Source: an uncultured Gemmatimonadales bacterium | Lineage (GTDB): Bacteria > Gemmatimonadota > Gemmatimonadetes > Longimicrobiales > Longimicrobiaceae | DNA: 64,000 nt | Assembly (NCBI GenBank): GCA_963716255.1 | Contig: OY970303.1 | Coordinates: 6,272,001-6,336,000, forward strand | Direction of reading: 5' to 3' | Shown: positions 1-8,971 of the stretch, piece after piece | Layout of the letters: each line of letters starts with the position of its first letter | Numbering within the stretch: position 1 is the stretch's first letter | The notes under the pieces: model-generated | What the model was told of the DNA's origin: nothing | The model's database searches: none | The model's input: only the letters and a program-made list of their open reading frames with translations | Translations under genes and position numbers: made by a program

Positions 1-73
1 TGATCCCGGTGTTGTTGGGCCGGGTGGCGTCGAGCCGCTCCAGGAGGAGCTGGGCCTGGGTGGTGGGGCTCAT
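1..73 (-). CDS. 5' end of a CDS running off the window (MSPTTQAQLLLERLDATRPNNTGI...), unknown product
   Basis: ATG at 73-71 overlaps the TGA of the upstream gene (ATGA coupling); frame open to the window edge. Confidence 0.45.
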   Translation of the reverse strand, partial: MSPTTQAQLLLERLDATRPNNTGI

Positions 74-960
74 CGGGTCGTCCTCGGGTGCCTCGGGAGT
101 GTCATGGGGCAGCGCCGGAGCGGGCGCGGCTCCGGCACGTCTGCCGCGGGGTGGTCCAGGCCCCGGACGGCGGCGAGATGCCTCGGCGGCATGAGCAGCC
201 GCTGGACGACCCGGCGAAATCCGGCGCGGACCAGGACAGGATACAGGCGGAGCAGGGGGCGCAGCCACTCCGCGCGCCCCAGCCGCAGCAGGACCCGCAC
301 GTGCCCGGGAGCCAGGAGGGACTGGACCCGCAGCAGGAGACGATACCGCCAGGGGCCCAGGTGGTCCCGGTAGCGGGCGTACAGCGCGTCCGTGCCCCTT
401 CCGTGCACCAGGTCGCGGCGCAGGTGGCGCTCGCGGTCGGCTCGCCAGCCGGCGTACGTGCGCGGGAGGCCGGGGATCCCCAGCCCGGCGCCCACCCGGC
501 GGAACACGTCGTACAGCTCGCGCCGCTCGTCCGCGTCCAGGGGCCGCGCGAGCATCTCGTGCGCCCTCTCGGAATAGTCGATGAGCATGTACAGCACGTC
601 GCGGTGGGCCCAGTCGGGGATGCGCCGGCCTCGCCGCCGCTCCACGGCCTGGTGGGCCATCCGGATCCGCCCGAGCGTGCGCGTGGCGGTCGCCGTGTCG
701 GCGAAGACGATCTGCTGGGCGTGGCCCGCCGTGGAAAAGAGCCTGCCGATGGGGTCGCCCGGCAGCTTCCCGGTGAAGAACAGCCAGTCGACCGCGCGGT
801 TGAGCGCGAACTCGGCGGCCGAGCCGGCGAAGACCAGGAGCACCATGTCCCCGTCGCCCCAGATCCTCCGCACCACGGAGCCGCGGTCGACGAAATCGGC
901 CCCCGGGCCCCGATCGGCGCCCGCGGCCGGCGCGAAAGCGGTCTGCTCGGCGGCGGTCAT
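70..960 (-). CDS. DUF2236 / MpaB-like oxygenase family protein
   Basis: SVVRRIWGD...AEFAL...RLFST...AHQAVE...IPDWAHRDVLYMLIDY pattern typical of DUF2236 proteins; operonic with neighbours. Confidence 0.7.
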   Translation of the reverse strand: MTAAEQTAFAPAAGADRGPGADFVDRGSVVRRIWGDGDMVLLVFAGSAAEFALNRAVDWLFFTGKLPGDPIGRLFSTAGHAQQIVFADTATATRTLGRIRMAHQAVERRRGRRIPDWAHRDVLYMLIDYSERAHEMLARPLDADERRELYDVFRRVGAGLGIPGLPRTYAGWRADRERHLRRDLVHGRGTDALYARYRDHLGPWRYRLLLRVQSLLAPGHVRVLLRLGRAEWLRPLLRLYPVLVRAGFRRVVQRLLMPPRHLAAVRGLDHPAADVPEPRPLRRCPMTLPRHPRTTR

Positions 961-963
961 GGC

Positions 964-1689
964 CTAGCGCCTCCGCCCCACCCCGACCACCGCCCGGACA
1001 TAGGGGCCCGCGATGGTCCCGGACGGGCCGCCGCTCGCCGTGTACTCGTACTGCTGCCAGTCCGAGTCGGAGCCGAACAGCGCCGCCAGGTAGCCCAGGC
1101 GCACGCCGATCAGCGGTCCGCGGCCGCTGCCGCCCGGCCGGAATTCCGCGCCGGCCCCCAGGTCCACCACCACCCCGTCGTGGCTCAGCACCGGCTGGCG
1201 GCCGGGAAGGGGCCGCGGGTCCGCCAGCACCTCGTCGAAGCCCACCGTGTCGGCTTCGCTCTCGAACCACAGCGCCAGCCCGCCCGCCCCGAGCCCCAGC
1301 CGCGGATAGACCCGCACCCGCGGCGAAAGGTCCACCGCGTAGCCGACGCCCACGGTCGCGTAGCCGCCGCTGAGCCCCACCGTGCGCCCCTCGTGCGGCT
1401 CGTCGCCGATGACGAGCCCCTGCCACTCGCCGCCGAGCATCACCCCGCCCGGCAGGCTCCAGTACCCGCCGATGCCCACGGCCCTCGCCGTGCTCCCGAA
1501 GGTCGGGTAGCCGCGCGCGGCCAATCGGTCGTCCAGCTCCCCCGTATCGATCCGCGACACCCCCGCCGAGATGAAGCCGGCGTCCGGGAGCCGGAGCCCG
1601 CCCTGTGCCGCCGCGGGCCCCGCCCCACCGGCTGCGAGCCCCAGCGCGACCAGCCCCGCCCTCGTGACCCGCCGTGCGATCCGTGCCAT
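964..1689 (-). CDS. Exported protein, probable small outer-membrane beta-barrel
   Basis: Signal peptide ending AAAQ; Gly/aromatic alternating strands (GYATVGVGYAV, VRVYPRLGLG, GPYVRAVVGVG); AGGA RBS. Confidence 0.6.
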   Translation of the reverse strand: MARIARRVTRAGLVALGLAAGGAGPAAAQGGLRLPDAGFISAGVSRIDTGELDDRLAARGYPTFGSTARAVGIGGYWSLPGGVMLGGEWQGLVIGDEPHEGRTVGLSGGYATVGVGYAVDLSPRVRVYPRLGLGAGGLALWFESEADTVGFDEVLADPRPLPGRQPVLSHDGVVVDLGAGAEFRPGGSGRGPLIGVRLGYLAALFGSDSDWQQYEYTASGGPSGTIAGPYVRAVVGVGRRR

Positions 1690-1756
1690 GCGTCCTTCCT
1701 GTTTGCGATGTGTAAAAGCTCCCGCCGCGCCGGCGTGCGGCGGCCGGCGTGCGTCC

Positions 1757-4700
1757 TCAGCTCCCGGTCTCCACCGGCTCGATGTCGTCGCCCTCCTCCC
1801 AGTCGAGCAGGCCGTACGGGTCGATGCCGGCCCGGGCGGGCCTGCCGGGCACCGTCAGGGTGATCGTCTGCGTCCCGGAGCGGACGCGGTGCTTCCGCAG
1901 GTACAGCGGCCTGCCCAGGATCTCGCCCGGCGCGGCGGGGGCGAAGATGCCGATCTCCACCGGCTCGCCCATCGGCAGCTCCGTTTCGGCGCCGGCGCTG
2001 TCGGCGACCACCTTGCGCGCCTCCACCTCCAGCGTCACCCGCCAGCCGCCCGCCGGGGTCCGCACCGCCGTGGCCCGCCGGGTGTCGAACGTCCAGAAGG
2101 TGTTCACCTCGAACAGGTCGTGCAGCAGCGGCCGGAGCGAGTCCGGCGCGGCGGCCTGCAGCTCCCGGTACAGGTCGAGGGTCGTCGCCAGGGAGCCGGC
2201 CTTTTTCCGCAGCAGGCCGGCGAGGGCGCCGTTCACGCGCTCCTCGCCCATGTACCGGCTGAGCGCGTACATGGCGAACGCTCCCTTGCGGTAGCCGGCG
2301 TACGGGTCCATGGCGCGGAGCAGCGGCAGCCCGGTGCGGATGGGCGGCCACGGGTTGGGCTCGCGCATGACGCGCATGAACTGCCGGAGCTGCTCCCGGC
2401 CCCTGGCCTCCTCCACGACCCGCATCGCCGAATACCAGGCGAGGCTCTCCGAAAGCACGATGGCTCCCTCGGCGGACGCGTGCCTGAGCTGGCCGCCCCA
2501 CCACAGGTGGGCCACCTCGTGCGCCACCACCTCGAACGCGACGTCGAGGCCCTTGGCCGGCGGGTCCAGGAGGAAGAACCCCTCGCCCCCGGTGACGACG
2601 CCGCTCCCGTCCACGCCCATGCCCATGAAGTTGCCCGGCTGCTCCACGAACTGCAGGAACCGGTGCGGGTAGGGGCCGAACCGCGTGGTGTAGTAGTCCA
2701 GCGAGGCGCGGGCGCTCCGCAGGACGCGGCCCAGGTTCGCGGTGTGCGCCGGGTGGAGGAAGACGGTGATCTCCACGTCCCCGTACCGTTCCCGGTGCAC
2801 CGCGTAGTCGGCGGAGAAGAACACCATCTGCCCGCCGATGGGAACGTCGCTGGCGTAGTGGAAGTAGCGGCGGCCGCCCTCGGTCCAGGTACGCCGCAGC
2901 GTGCCCGGCGCGACGGCCACCTGGTCCGCGTCGGTGCCCACGACCGCGTCGAAGACGGAGCCCTCCCCCGCGGCGAGGTCGGGATCGACGTCGTCGGGGG
3001 TGGGGAAGGTCACCCGCCGAGGGAGTCCCTGTTCGCGCCGGTCGTCGGCGCTCGTGAGCTCGCGGCCTGGCTGGTAGCCGATGCGCGGCAGCAGGCCGCT
3101 GGTGAAGCGGGAGCCGTTGGGGACGACGGCGTCGCCCGCGCCGCCGCTGCGGAAGCCGCGCGGCTCGTAGCGCACCTCGAAGCCGAGCGTCAGCGAGTCG
3201 CCGGGCTGCAGCGGCTCCTCCAGAGCGTAGATGGAGTGGCGGAGCTCGTCGTCCGCCAGCACTCGCGTGGCCGGGCGGTCGAGCGTCACGCGGGTCAGGA
3301 CGCCGTCGGCCGGCGCGATGTGAACGGAGTCGATCGGCACCGCGTGGCGGTTCACCAGGCGGTACGTGCCCTTCGCCGTCGCCGCGCCGCGGTCGGGATA
3401 GATCTCCACGCGCAGGCTCGTGGCGGCCCGGTCCGGCTGCGGGATCCCCTCGTACCGCCCGTAGCGCCGCTCGTATTCGGCCTGCCGCGCCACCGCTTCC
3501 GAGGCGGAGCGGTAGTCGTTCAGCACGTTGGTGTTGTAGAAGACGAAGCCCCCGAGGGCGAGGACGAGCCCCGCCGCCGCCGCGAAGGTCCCGGCCGTGG
3601 CGCGGGTGAAGCGGTGCCGCGCGATCTCCAGCCGCGCGCCGGGACCCGGCTCCCGTCCGCGCACCCAGGACAGCCGCGTCGCCACCGCGAGCAGCAGCGC
3701 CCACGCCGCCCAGTACAGCTTGAGCCACAGCCACGGCCCCAGCGACCGGCCGAAGCCGCGCATGTCCGTGTGGGACCACCCCGGCCCGGACCCGTAGACG
3801 AGCAGGTCGTGCTCGACGCCCAGCCTGGGGGCGAAGACGATGCACAGGTACGCGACGAGCGCGACCAGCAGGCCCACGTGCTTGTGGTCCACCACCGCGT
3901 GCACCAGGAAGGCGAGCACGGCGAAGAGCAGGTACTCGGGGAGCTGGAGCCCGAAGAGGACCTTCAGGTACAGGCCCGGCTGGAAGTCGTGGTAGCCCAG
4001 GATCGCCTGGGCGAGCATCCCGGCCGCGCCCACGGCGGCCATCAGCGCGGCGAGCACCAGGCCCAGCCCCAGGAGCTTGCCCACGAACAGGACCCATTCC
4101 GGCACCGGCGTCGCGTCGATGCTCTCGCCCAGCCCCGCGTCGCGCTCCCGCCACACCAGCTCGCCGGCGAAGAACGGGACGAGGAGCGGCACGATCATCC
4201 GGTAGTCGGAGGCGAAGCCGAGGGGGGCGGTGAGGTGCTTTGCCAGCAGGTAGCCGGTCCGGGGCAGCAGCGGCACGCCCCAGTGCTCCGATTCGGCCAC
4301 CACCACCAGGACCAGCATCGCGGGGTAGGCCGCCAGGAGGAAGAGCCCGGCCGGGCTCCTCGCGATCGCCCGGAACGACGACCCGGCGATCGCGAGCGTC
4401 TGGCGCGCCTGCGTCGCGAAGCCGAACGACCTGCGCGCCCGCGGGACGGAAACCGCCGCCGGCGCTTCCGCCGCGGCGTCCGGCACCGGGGCCCCGGCGG
4501 AGAACCGCCTCGTGATCCGGCTCCACGGGTCGGCGGCGGCGCGGTGGGCGAAGCGGAAGCGCAGGTGGACCCATCCCAGCGCCGCCGAAGCGATGCCAAG
4601 CCACAGGAGCCGGTTCCACAGCACCGCCCCCTCCAGCCTGAACATGCGGACGTTCTTCTCGACGATCGTCCACTCGAGCATCATCGCGTTCATGATGCCC

Positions 4701-5344
4701 ATGATGCCGATGGGGTCCACCATCTTCCCCAGCGTCGGCTGCCCGAGCGCGAAGGTCACGACCAGGCTGACGGGAGCCGCGAGAAAGAGGAGGAGCACGC
4801 TGGCGAAGTAGCTCGACATGGCCCGGCCGCTCAGCAGCGCGAACGCGAACTGGATCGCCGTGACGATGAACGCGTTGGGCAGCGCGATGAAGGCGTAGGC
4901 GGCGAGGTACGCGGCCGGCCGGAACGGACCGACGATCGCGGGATCGATCCCCGGCGCGTAGACGGCGAGAAGGCTCCCCGCCTGCACGCCGAGCAGGACC
5001 AGCGCGTTGAGGACGAAGGCGGCGAGGAAGCGCCCTCCCAGGTATTCGGTCCTGCTGACCGGGCTCGTGTACACGAGGGGGTGCATGCCGGTGTGCACGT
5101 CCCGCGCGGCCGCCTCCCCGGCCATCGCCGAGGCCACCAGCAGCCAGATCAGGCAGCTGAACACGGACACGGCGGCGATGATGAACGGCGAGTTGAGGAC
5201 GAAGTCCTGGGGGAGCGTGACGGGGACGATGCCCACCCGCGTGTTCTGGAACGAGAACACGACCAGCACGGCGAAGGCCAGCCACGGCCAGGGACGGCGC
5301 GCCTGGTAGACGAGCTCGAACCGGAAGACCTCCCGGAGCCTCAT
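1757..5344 (-). CDS. ABC transporter permease fused to C-terminal M1 aminopeptidase domain
   Basis: Start MRLREVFRFEL at 5344 (ATGA overlap); two multi-TM permease halves, then HEVAHLWW...SESLAWY zinc motif and YRKGA. Confidence 0.85.
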   Translation of the reverse strand: MRLREVFRFELVYQARRPWPWLAFAVLVVFSFQNTRVGIVPVTLPQDFVLNSPFIIAAVSVFSCLIWLLVASAMAGEAAARDVHTGMHPLVYTSPVSRTEYLGGRFLAAFVLNALVLLGVQAGSLLAVYAPGIDPAIVGPFRPAAYLAAYAFIALPNAFIVTAIQFAFALLSGRAMSSYFASVLLLFLAAPVSLVVTFALGQPTLGKMVDPIGIMGIMNAMMLEWTIVEKNVRMFRLEGAVLWNRLLWLGIASAALGWVHLRFRFAHRAAADPWSRITRRFSAGAPVPDAAAEAPAAVSVPRARRSFGFATQARQTLAIAGSSFRAIARSPAGLFLLAAYPAMLVLVVVAESEHWGVPLLPRTGYLLAKHLTAPLGFASDYRMIVPLLVPFFAGELVWRERDAGLGESIDATPVPEWVLFVGKLLGLGLVLAALMAAVGAAGMLAQAILGYHDFQPGLYLKVLFGLQLPEYLLFAVLAFLVHAVVDHKHVGLLVALVAYLCIVFAPRLGVEHDLLVYGSGPGWSHTDMRGFGRSLGPWLWLKLYWAAWALLLAVATRLSWVRGREPGPGARLEIARHRFTRATAGTFAAAAGLVLALGGFVFYNTNVLNDYRSASEAVARQAEYERRYGRYEGIPQPDRAATSLRVEIYPDRGAATAKGTYRLVNRHAVPIDSVHIAPADGVLTRVTLDRPATRVLADDELRHSIYALEEPLQPGDSLTLGFEVRYEPRGFRSGGAGDAVVPNGSRFTSGLLPRIGYQPGRELTSADDRREQGLPRRVTFPTPDDVDPDLAAGEGSVFDAVVGTDADQVAVAPGTLRRTWTEGGRRYFHYASDVPIGGQMVFFSADYAVHRERYGDVEITVFLHPAHTANLGRVLRSARASLDYYTTRFGPYPHRFLQFVEQPGNFMGMGVDGSGVVTGGEGFFLLDPPAKGLDVAFEVVAHEVAHLWWGGQLRHASAEGAIVLSESLAWYSAMRVVEEARGREQLRQFMRVMREPNPWPPIRTGLPLLRAMDPYAGYRKGAFAMYALSRYMGEERVNGALAGLLRKKAGSLATTLDLYRELQAAAPDSLRPLLHDLFEVNTFWTFDTRRATAVRTPAGGWRVTLEVEARKVVADSAGAETELPMGEPVEIGIFAPAAPGEILGRPLYLRKHRVRSGTQTITLTVPGRPARAGIDPYGLLDWEEGDDIEPVETGS

Positions 5345-5541
5345 GCCGCCGCCTCCGGCCGTCCGCTGCGTCGGCCGATGTGATCTCGGAGCGTGGCGAG
5401 GACGCGCATCAGCGTGGACCTGCCGGCGCCGTTTGGGCCGAGCAGGCCGTACATCCCGGCCGGGATGGTGAGCGTCACGTCCCTGAGCGCCCGCACGCCG
5501 CCGGCGTAGGTCCTGGAGACGCCCTCGATCTTCAGTTGCAT
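5341..5541 (-). pseudogene. Truncated ABC ATP-binding protein (66 aa; Walker A only)
   Basis: MQLKIEGVSRTYAGGVRALRDVTLTIPAGMYGLLGPNGAGRSTLMRVLATL aligns to the N-terminus of the intact paralogue at 29549-30424, then ends; no signature or Walker B; Walker A K->R. Confidence 0.8.
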
Positions 5542-5622
5542 GGCCGCGTGCGAGAAGGTTCGAATGCGCCGCCGGCGGCGGCTCTCCGGGCCCCGTGGCG
5601 GGGCTCCGCTTTCGGCTCGCCC

Positions 5623-5663
5623 GCAAAGAGCGCCGCTTTGCCAAGCGCTTTGTATTGTAAAGT
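5623..5663. promoter_or_regulatory. AT-rich inverted-repeat operator-like site (CTTTG/CAAAG half-sites)
   Basis: gcaaag-N7-ctttgc and ctttgtattgtaaagt upstream of the minus-strand ABC operon. Confidence 0.4.
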
Positions 5664-5872
5664 AAATACCCGCGAAGCGCAAGCGCGCGATACGGCGGAT
5701 CGGGGCGCCCCGCCCGGTGACGCCCGGGTCCGTCGGCGGCACCCGTGGAGCCGCTGGAAATGGAAACGGGGGCAGGGCTCTTTTCGAGCCGCGCCCCCGT
5801 TTCGCGTCGGGGTGTGCCTGTGCGCCGTGAGGTGAGGGGGGCCATCCTCGCGGACGCCAGCGCCCGCTCCGC

Positions 5873-5998
5873 GTGAGGGATTTCGGCCCGAAGGGGCGAG
5901 ACCCCGCGCAGTTTGCGGGGGCTCGACTCCGTTAGCCCGCGTCGTTTGCGGGCTTACGGAGCCGAAGCCCGACCCCGGCGCCAGCCGGGGGCACGCCC
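5873..5998 (+). repeat. Structured intergenic repeat, copy 1 of 8 (GTGAGGGAT...CACGCCC)
   Basis: Near-identical scaffold at eight loci; multi-stem fold with compensatory changes. Confidence 0.95.
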
Positions 5999-6026
5999 GA
6001 ACCCGCCGTCCAAAGCCGTTCCCGGA

Positions 6027-7166
6027 TCAGAAGTACGACTGGAGACCCCCTGTCCGGCGCACGTCCAGCGTGGCGCAGTGGAAGGAGCCGCCCAGGGCGT
6101 TGAAGCTCCGGAAGGGGCAGGGAATGGGCTCCACTCCCCAGCCCCGCAGCATCTCCTGCAGCTCCGTCTCGTTTTCCTCGACCAGCACGGTCCGCTCGTC
6201 CAGGCTCAGGAGGTTCATGGAGACCCAGGCGCTGCTCATGTACAGCCGCCGGTCGCCGTCGGGATTGGGCCGCGGGGCGAAGCGCACGTCCCAGTCGCGG
6301 AACTGCGGCGGGATCTGGGGAAGGCGCTCCGGGTTGAGGAGCAGCTTCCCCGGCGCGAGGGGGAGCATCGTGGCGTCGATGTGCATGGGGTGCGGGTCGT
6401 CCGGCTCCAGCACGTGCACGGTGTACGCCGAGCCCAGGTGACGGCGCAGCCACTCGATGCCCAGGTCGTTGGTGACGTGGCTGCGCTGGGCGAAGATGTC
6501 ACGCCCGAAGCGCATGAAGTCCGCCGCGTCGAAGGTGGGCTCGTATTCCGTGACCATGTACGGCGGTGCCGACGCCAGGCCGCTCGCCTCCTCGTCCGGC
6601 AGGAACTGCTCGTCGCGCAGGGTGGGGCGGGGCGCGGCGGTCCAGCGCGCCCCCGCCCGGAAGTACTCGGTGAGGAGCGGGCGGAACGCGTGCACCTCGA
6701 AGTACCTGCTCCGCCACGCCATGGGCGCCTCGATGATCTCGTCGCCCACCACCAGCAGGACGTCCCGGGGCATGGCGGCGTACAGCCCGCTGCCGCTCTC
6801 CCAGTCCGGGGTGGTGAAGGGGCGGGAGTACTCGTCGGCCTGCGGGACGCGCACCACCACCCCCTCGCGGTGGAGCCGCTCCGCCAGCGCGTCCAGGTCG
6901 TGCTTCGCGGCGTCGACCACTTCCGCCGGGAAGGGACGGCCGCCGAACTGCTGGAAGAACCCGGCCTGGTCCTCGGGGGTGGTGGCCGCGATCATGGGGC
7001 TCCAGGCGGGCACGTGGGCCCCGTCCGCGATGCCCACGACGACCTCCTCCAGCGGGTCCCACTCGTTGTGCGAGTTCACGACCGGCGCCGGGGTGCGCGC
7101 GTCCGGCCGCGCGGTCGCGGGCGGCCGTGCGGTGGCGGCGGGGGCTGGTGCGGCTGGAAATTCCAT
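6027..7166 (-). CDS. Amidinotransferase (glycine/inosamine-phosphate amidinotransferase family)
   Basis: VNSHNEWDPLEEVVVG, MPRD, FDAAD, HIDAT and GGSFHCAT motifs; Asp/His/Cys triad present. Confidence 0.9.
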   Translation of the reverse strand: MEFPAAPAPAATARPPATARPDARTPAPVVNSHNEWDPLEEVVVGIADGAHVPAWSPMIAATTPEDQAGFFQQFGGRPFPAEVVDAAKHDLDALAERLHREGVVVRVPQADEYSRPFTTPDWESGSGLYAAMPRDVLLVVGDEIIEAPMAWRSRYFEVHAFRPLLTEYFRAGARWTAAPRPTLRDEQFLPDEEASGLASAPPYMVTEYEPTFDAADFMRFGRDIFAQRSHVTNDLGIEWLRRHLGSAYTVHVLEPDDPHPMHIDATMLPLAPGKLLLNPERLPQIPPQFRDWDVRFAPRPNPDGDRRLYMSSAWVSMNLLSLDERTVLVEENETELQEMLRGWGVEPIPCPFRSFNALGGSFHCATLDVRRTGGLQSYF

Positions 7167-7496
7167 GGATCACCTTGTGGGCTGGCGGCCGGGCGCCGCG
7201 AGGCGGCGGACGGCGGTTTCGGGTTTTCCCTCAGATCGCTTGTCGGCAGATCGACCGCGCAGTGCGCGACGGTGCTGGTGATCCGCTCTGTGCTCGCTCC
7301 TACGTCGCGTACTTTTCCCGCCACGAGCAAGATAAGGGGAGGGGGCGAGATCGTTCAAGCCTGCAGGTGGCCCGCGCCTGGAGCGGGCGTGGAAATGCGG
7401 GTGGGGCCGGGGCGTAATGTCGCCCCGGCCCCGCCCCACTTCGGTCATGCCGCCTCGACGGGCGGCACCCGCCACCGGCGGCGCCTGGCCGGGTCT

Positions 7497-8366
7497 TCAG
7501 CCCGCTCCGAGGAGCGCCTCGGCGAGCCGGGGGAGCACCTGCCCGAGCGCTGCCTCCACCTTCGCGGCGGCCATCTCGTCGGCGCGGGTGGGGCCCAGGT
7601 TGACGATGCCGATGGGCACCCCCTCCTGCTGCGCCCGGTAGACGAAGCGCCGGCCGGAGTAGACGGTGAGCGACGAGCCCGCCACCAGCAGCACGTCCGC
7701 CTCGGCGAACAGCTCCCACGCATCCGCCACCGTGCCCGCCGGCACGTTCTCGCCGAAGAAGACCACGTCCGGCTTGACCACGCCGCCGCACGCCTCGCAC
7801 CCAGGCACCCGGAAGCTCGCCGGCGCCCACCCCGGCAGCTCCGCGTCCCCGTCCGGCGCGGACTCGGACTCGTCGCCCGCCGTGCCCCGCGCCAGCCGCT
7901 CCGCCCACTCCCCGTTCGCCGCCAGCAGCCGCTCCTGGAAGGCGGCGCGCGGCTCCGCCCGGGCACACGCCAGGCACCGGACCGAGGCGAGCGAGCCGTG
8001 CAGCTCCACCACGCGCCGGCTCCCCGCGGCGTGGTGGAGCCCGTCCACGTTCTGGGTGATGATGCCGCGGACTGCGCCGCCCTCTTCCAGCGCGGCCAGG
8101 GCGCGGTGCGCGGCGTTGGGCCGCGCGGCGGCGACGTGCGTCCATCCCACCGAGCTGCGCGCCCAGTAGCGGGCGCGTCCGGCTTCGCTGCGCACGAATT
8201 CCTGGTACTGCATGGGCTTCCGGGTGCGCATGCTTCCCCCGGGGCCGCGGTAGTCGGGGATCCCCGACTCGGTGCTGCATCCCGCGCCGGCAAGCACCAC
8301 GGCGCGCCGGCGGCGGAGCAGGCCGAGCAGGGCGTCCAGGTCGGGGAGGTCGGACACGACGGTCAT
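7497..8366 (-). CDS. NAD-dependent protein deacylase, sirtuin (class II/SIRT4-like)
   Basis: [31 protein letters not shown]...CEAC zinc site, [13 protein letters not shown]; likely start MTVVSD at 8366. Confidence 0.9.
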   Translation of the reverse strand: MTVVSDLPDLDALLGLLRRRRAVVLAGAGCSTESGIPDYRGPGGSMRTRKPMQYQEFVRSEAGRARYWARSSVGWTHVAAARPNAAHRALAALEEGGAVRGIITQNVDGLHHAAGSRRVVELHGSLASVRCLACARAEPRAAFQERLLAANGEWAERLARGTAGDESESAPDGDAELPGWAPASFRVPGCEACGGVVKPDVVFFGENVPAGTVADAWELFAEADVLLVAGSSLTVYSGRRFVYRAQQEGVPIGIVNLGPTRADEMAAAKVEAALGQVLPRLAEALLGAG

Positions 8367-8567
8367 GGCGCTCGCGTTCTCCAGCCAGGGAAAGGTCGAT
8401 CGGCCCGGGGCCCCGCCCAGTACCCGCCGCCGGAAAGGGCGTTCGCGCGCGGGTCGGGGCGGCGCACGACGGGCAGGGTGCCGCCGCGCGCCGCTCCCGC
8501 TGCCTGACTCTTGCGTGAGGGCCGCCCGAACCGTTCGGCCGCGCCCGCCCCCACCCCCGAGGAAGCC

Positions 8568-8807
8568 ATGTCGGAAAACAGCACCTGGATCGTCGCCGCC
8601 ACCAAGGAGCGTCCGATCGACGACGTCGCGAAGGACCTTGCCGGGATCGGCTTCGAGGTGGAGGACGTCCTCCGTGACGTCGGATGCATCGTGGGGACCG
8701 CCAGCGACGAGGTGGCGGAGGCGGCGGAAAAGGTGCCCGGCGTCGCGGGCATTTCCCGGGACCGGCCCATCCACTTCGGTGGCGCGGGCTCGCCCGGCAC
8801 CGAGTAG
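8568..8807 (+). CDS. Small hypothetical protein (79 aa), possibly a subtilisin-propeptide/I9-like fold
   Basis: GAGG RBS before ATG 8568; GFEVEDVL...GCIVG...VPGVAGI pattern. Confidence 0.55.
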   Translation: MSENSTWIVAATKERPIDDVAKDLAGIGFEVEDVLRDVGCIVGTASDEVAEAAEKVPGVAGISRDRPIHFGGAGSPGTE

Positions 8808-8971
8808 CGGCGGGCGTCCCGCCCGCCTGCCGGCCGCGCCGGACGGGCGCCCGCGGTCGGGGCGCCCGTCCCGTTCTCCCGCCGGCATCGGCGCCCGCCG
8901 TTGACCCGCCGGCCTCGTCGGCCCATCCTTCCCGCGCACCGACTCCCCGAACCACCGGAAGTGCCGACGCG

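Noticed and set aside
1571..5383. Very long antisense or alternate-frame ORFs (e.g. 1571-5383 +, 22191-24989 +, 26058-30194 +, 38451-41123 -, 47927-52195 -)
   Set aside because: Shadow ORFs expected in high-GC DNA; Arg/Pro/Gly-rich, motif-free and overlapping well-supported genes
7497..8366. Sirtuin as anti-phage (Thoeris/DSR-type) effector
   Set aside because: It has the zinc-binding, class II deacylase features of housekeeping sirtuins and no defence partners nearby
5913..8507. ORFs sharing the peptide YGAEARPRRQPGARP (also at 13792, 33398, 56586, 61092)
   Set aside because: These are translations of the non-coding repeat, not a protein family; indels between copies break the frame
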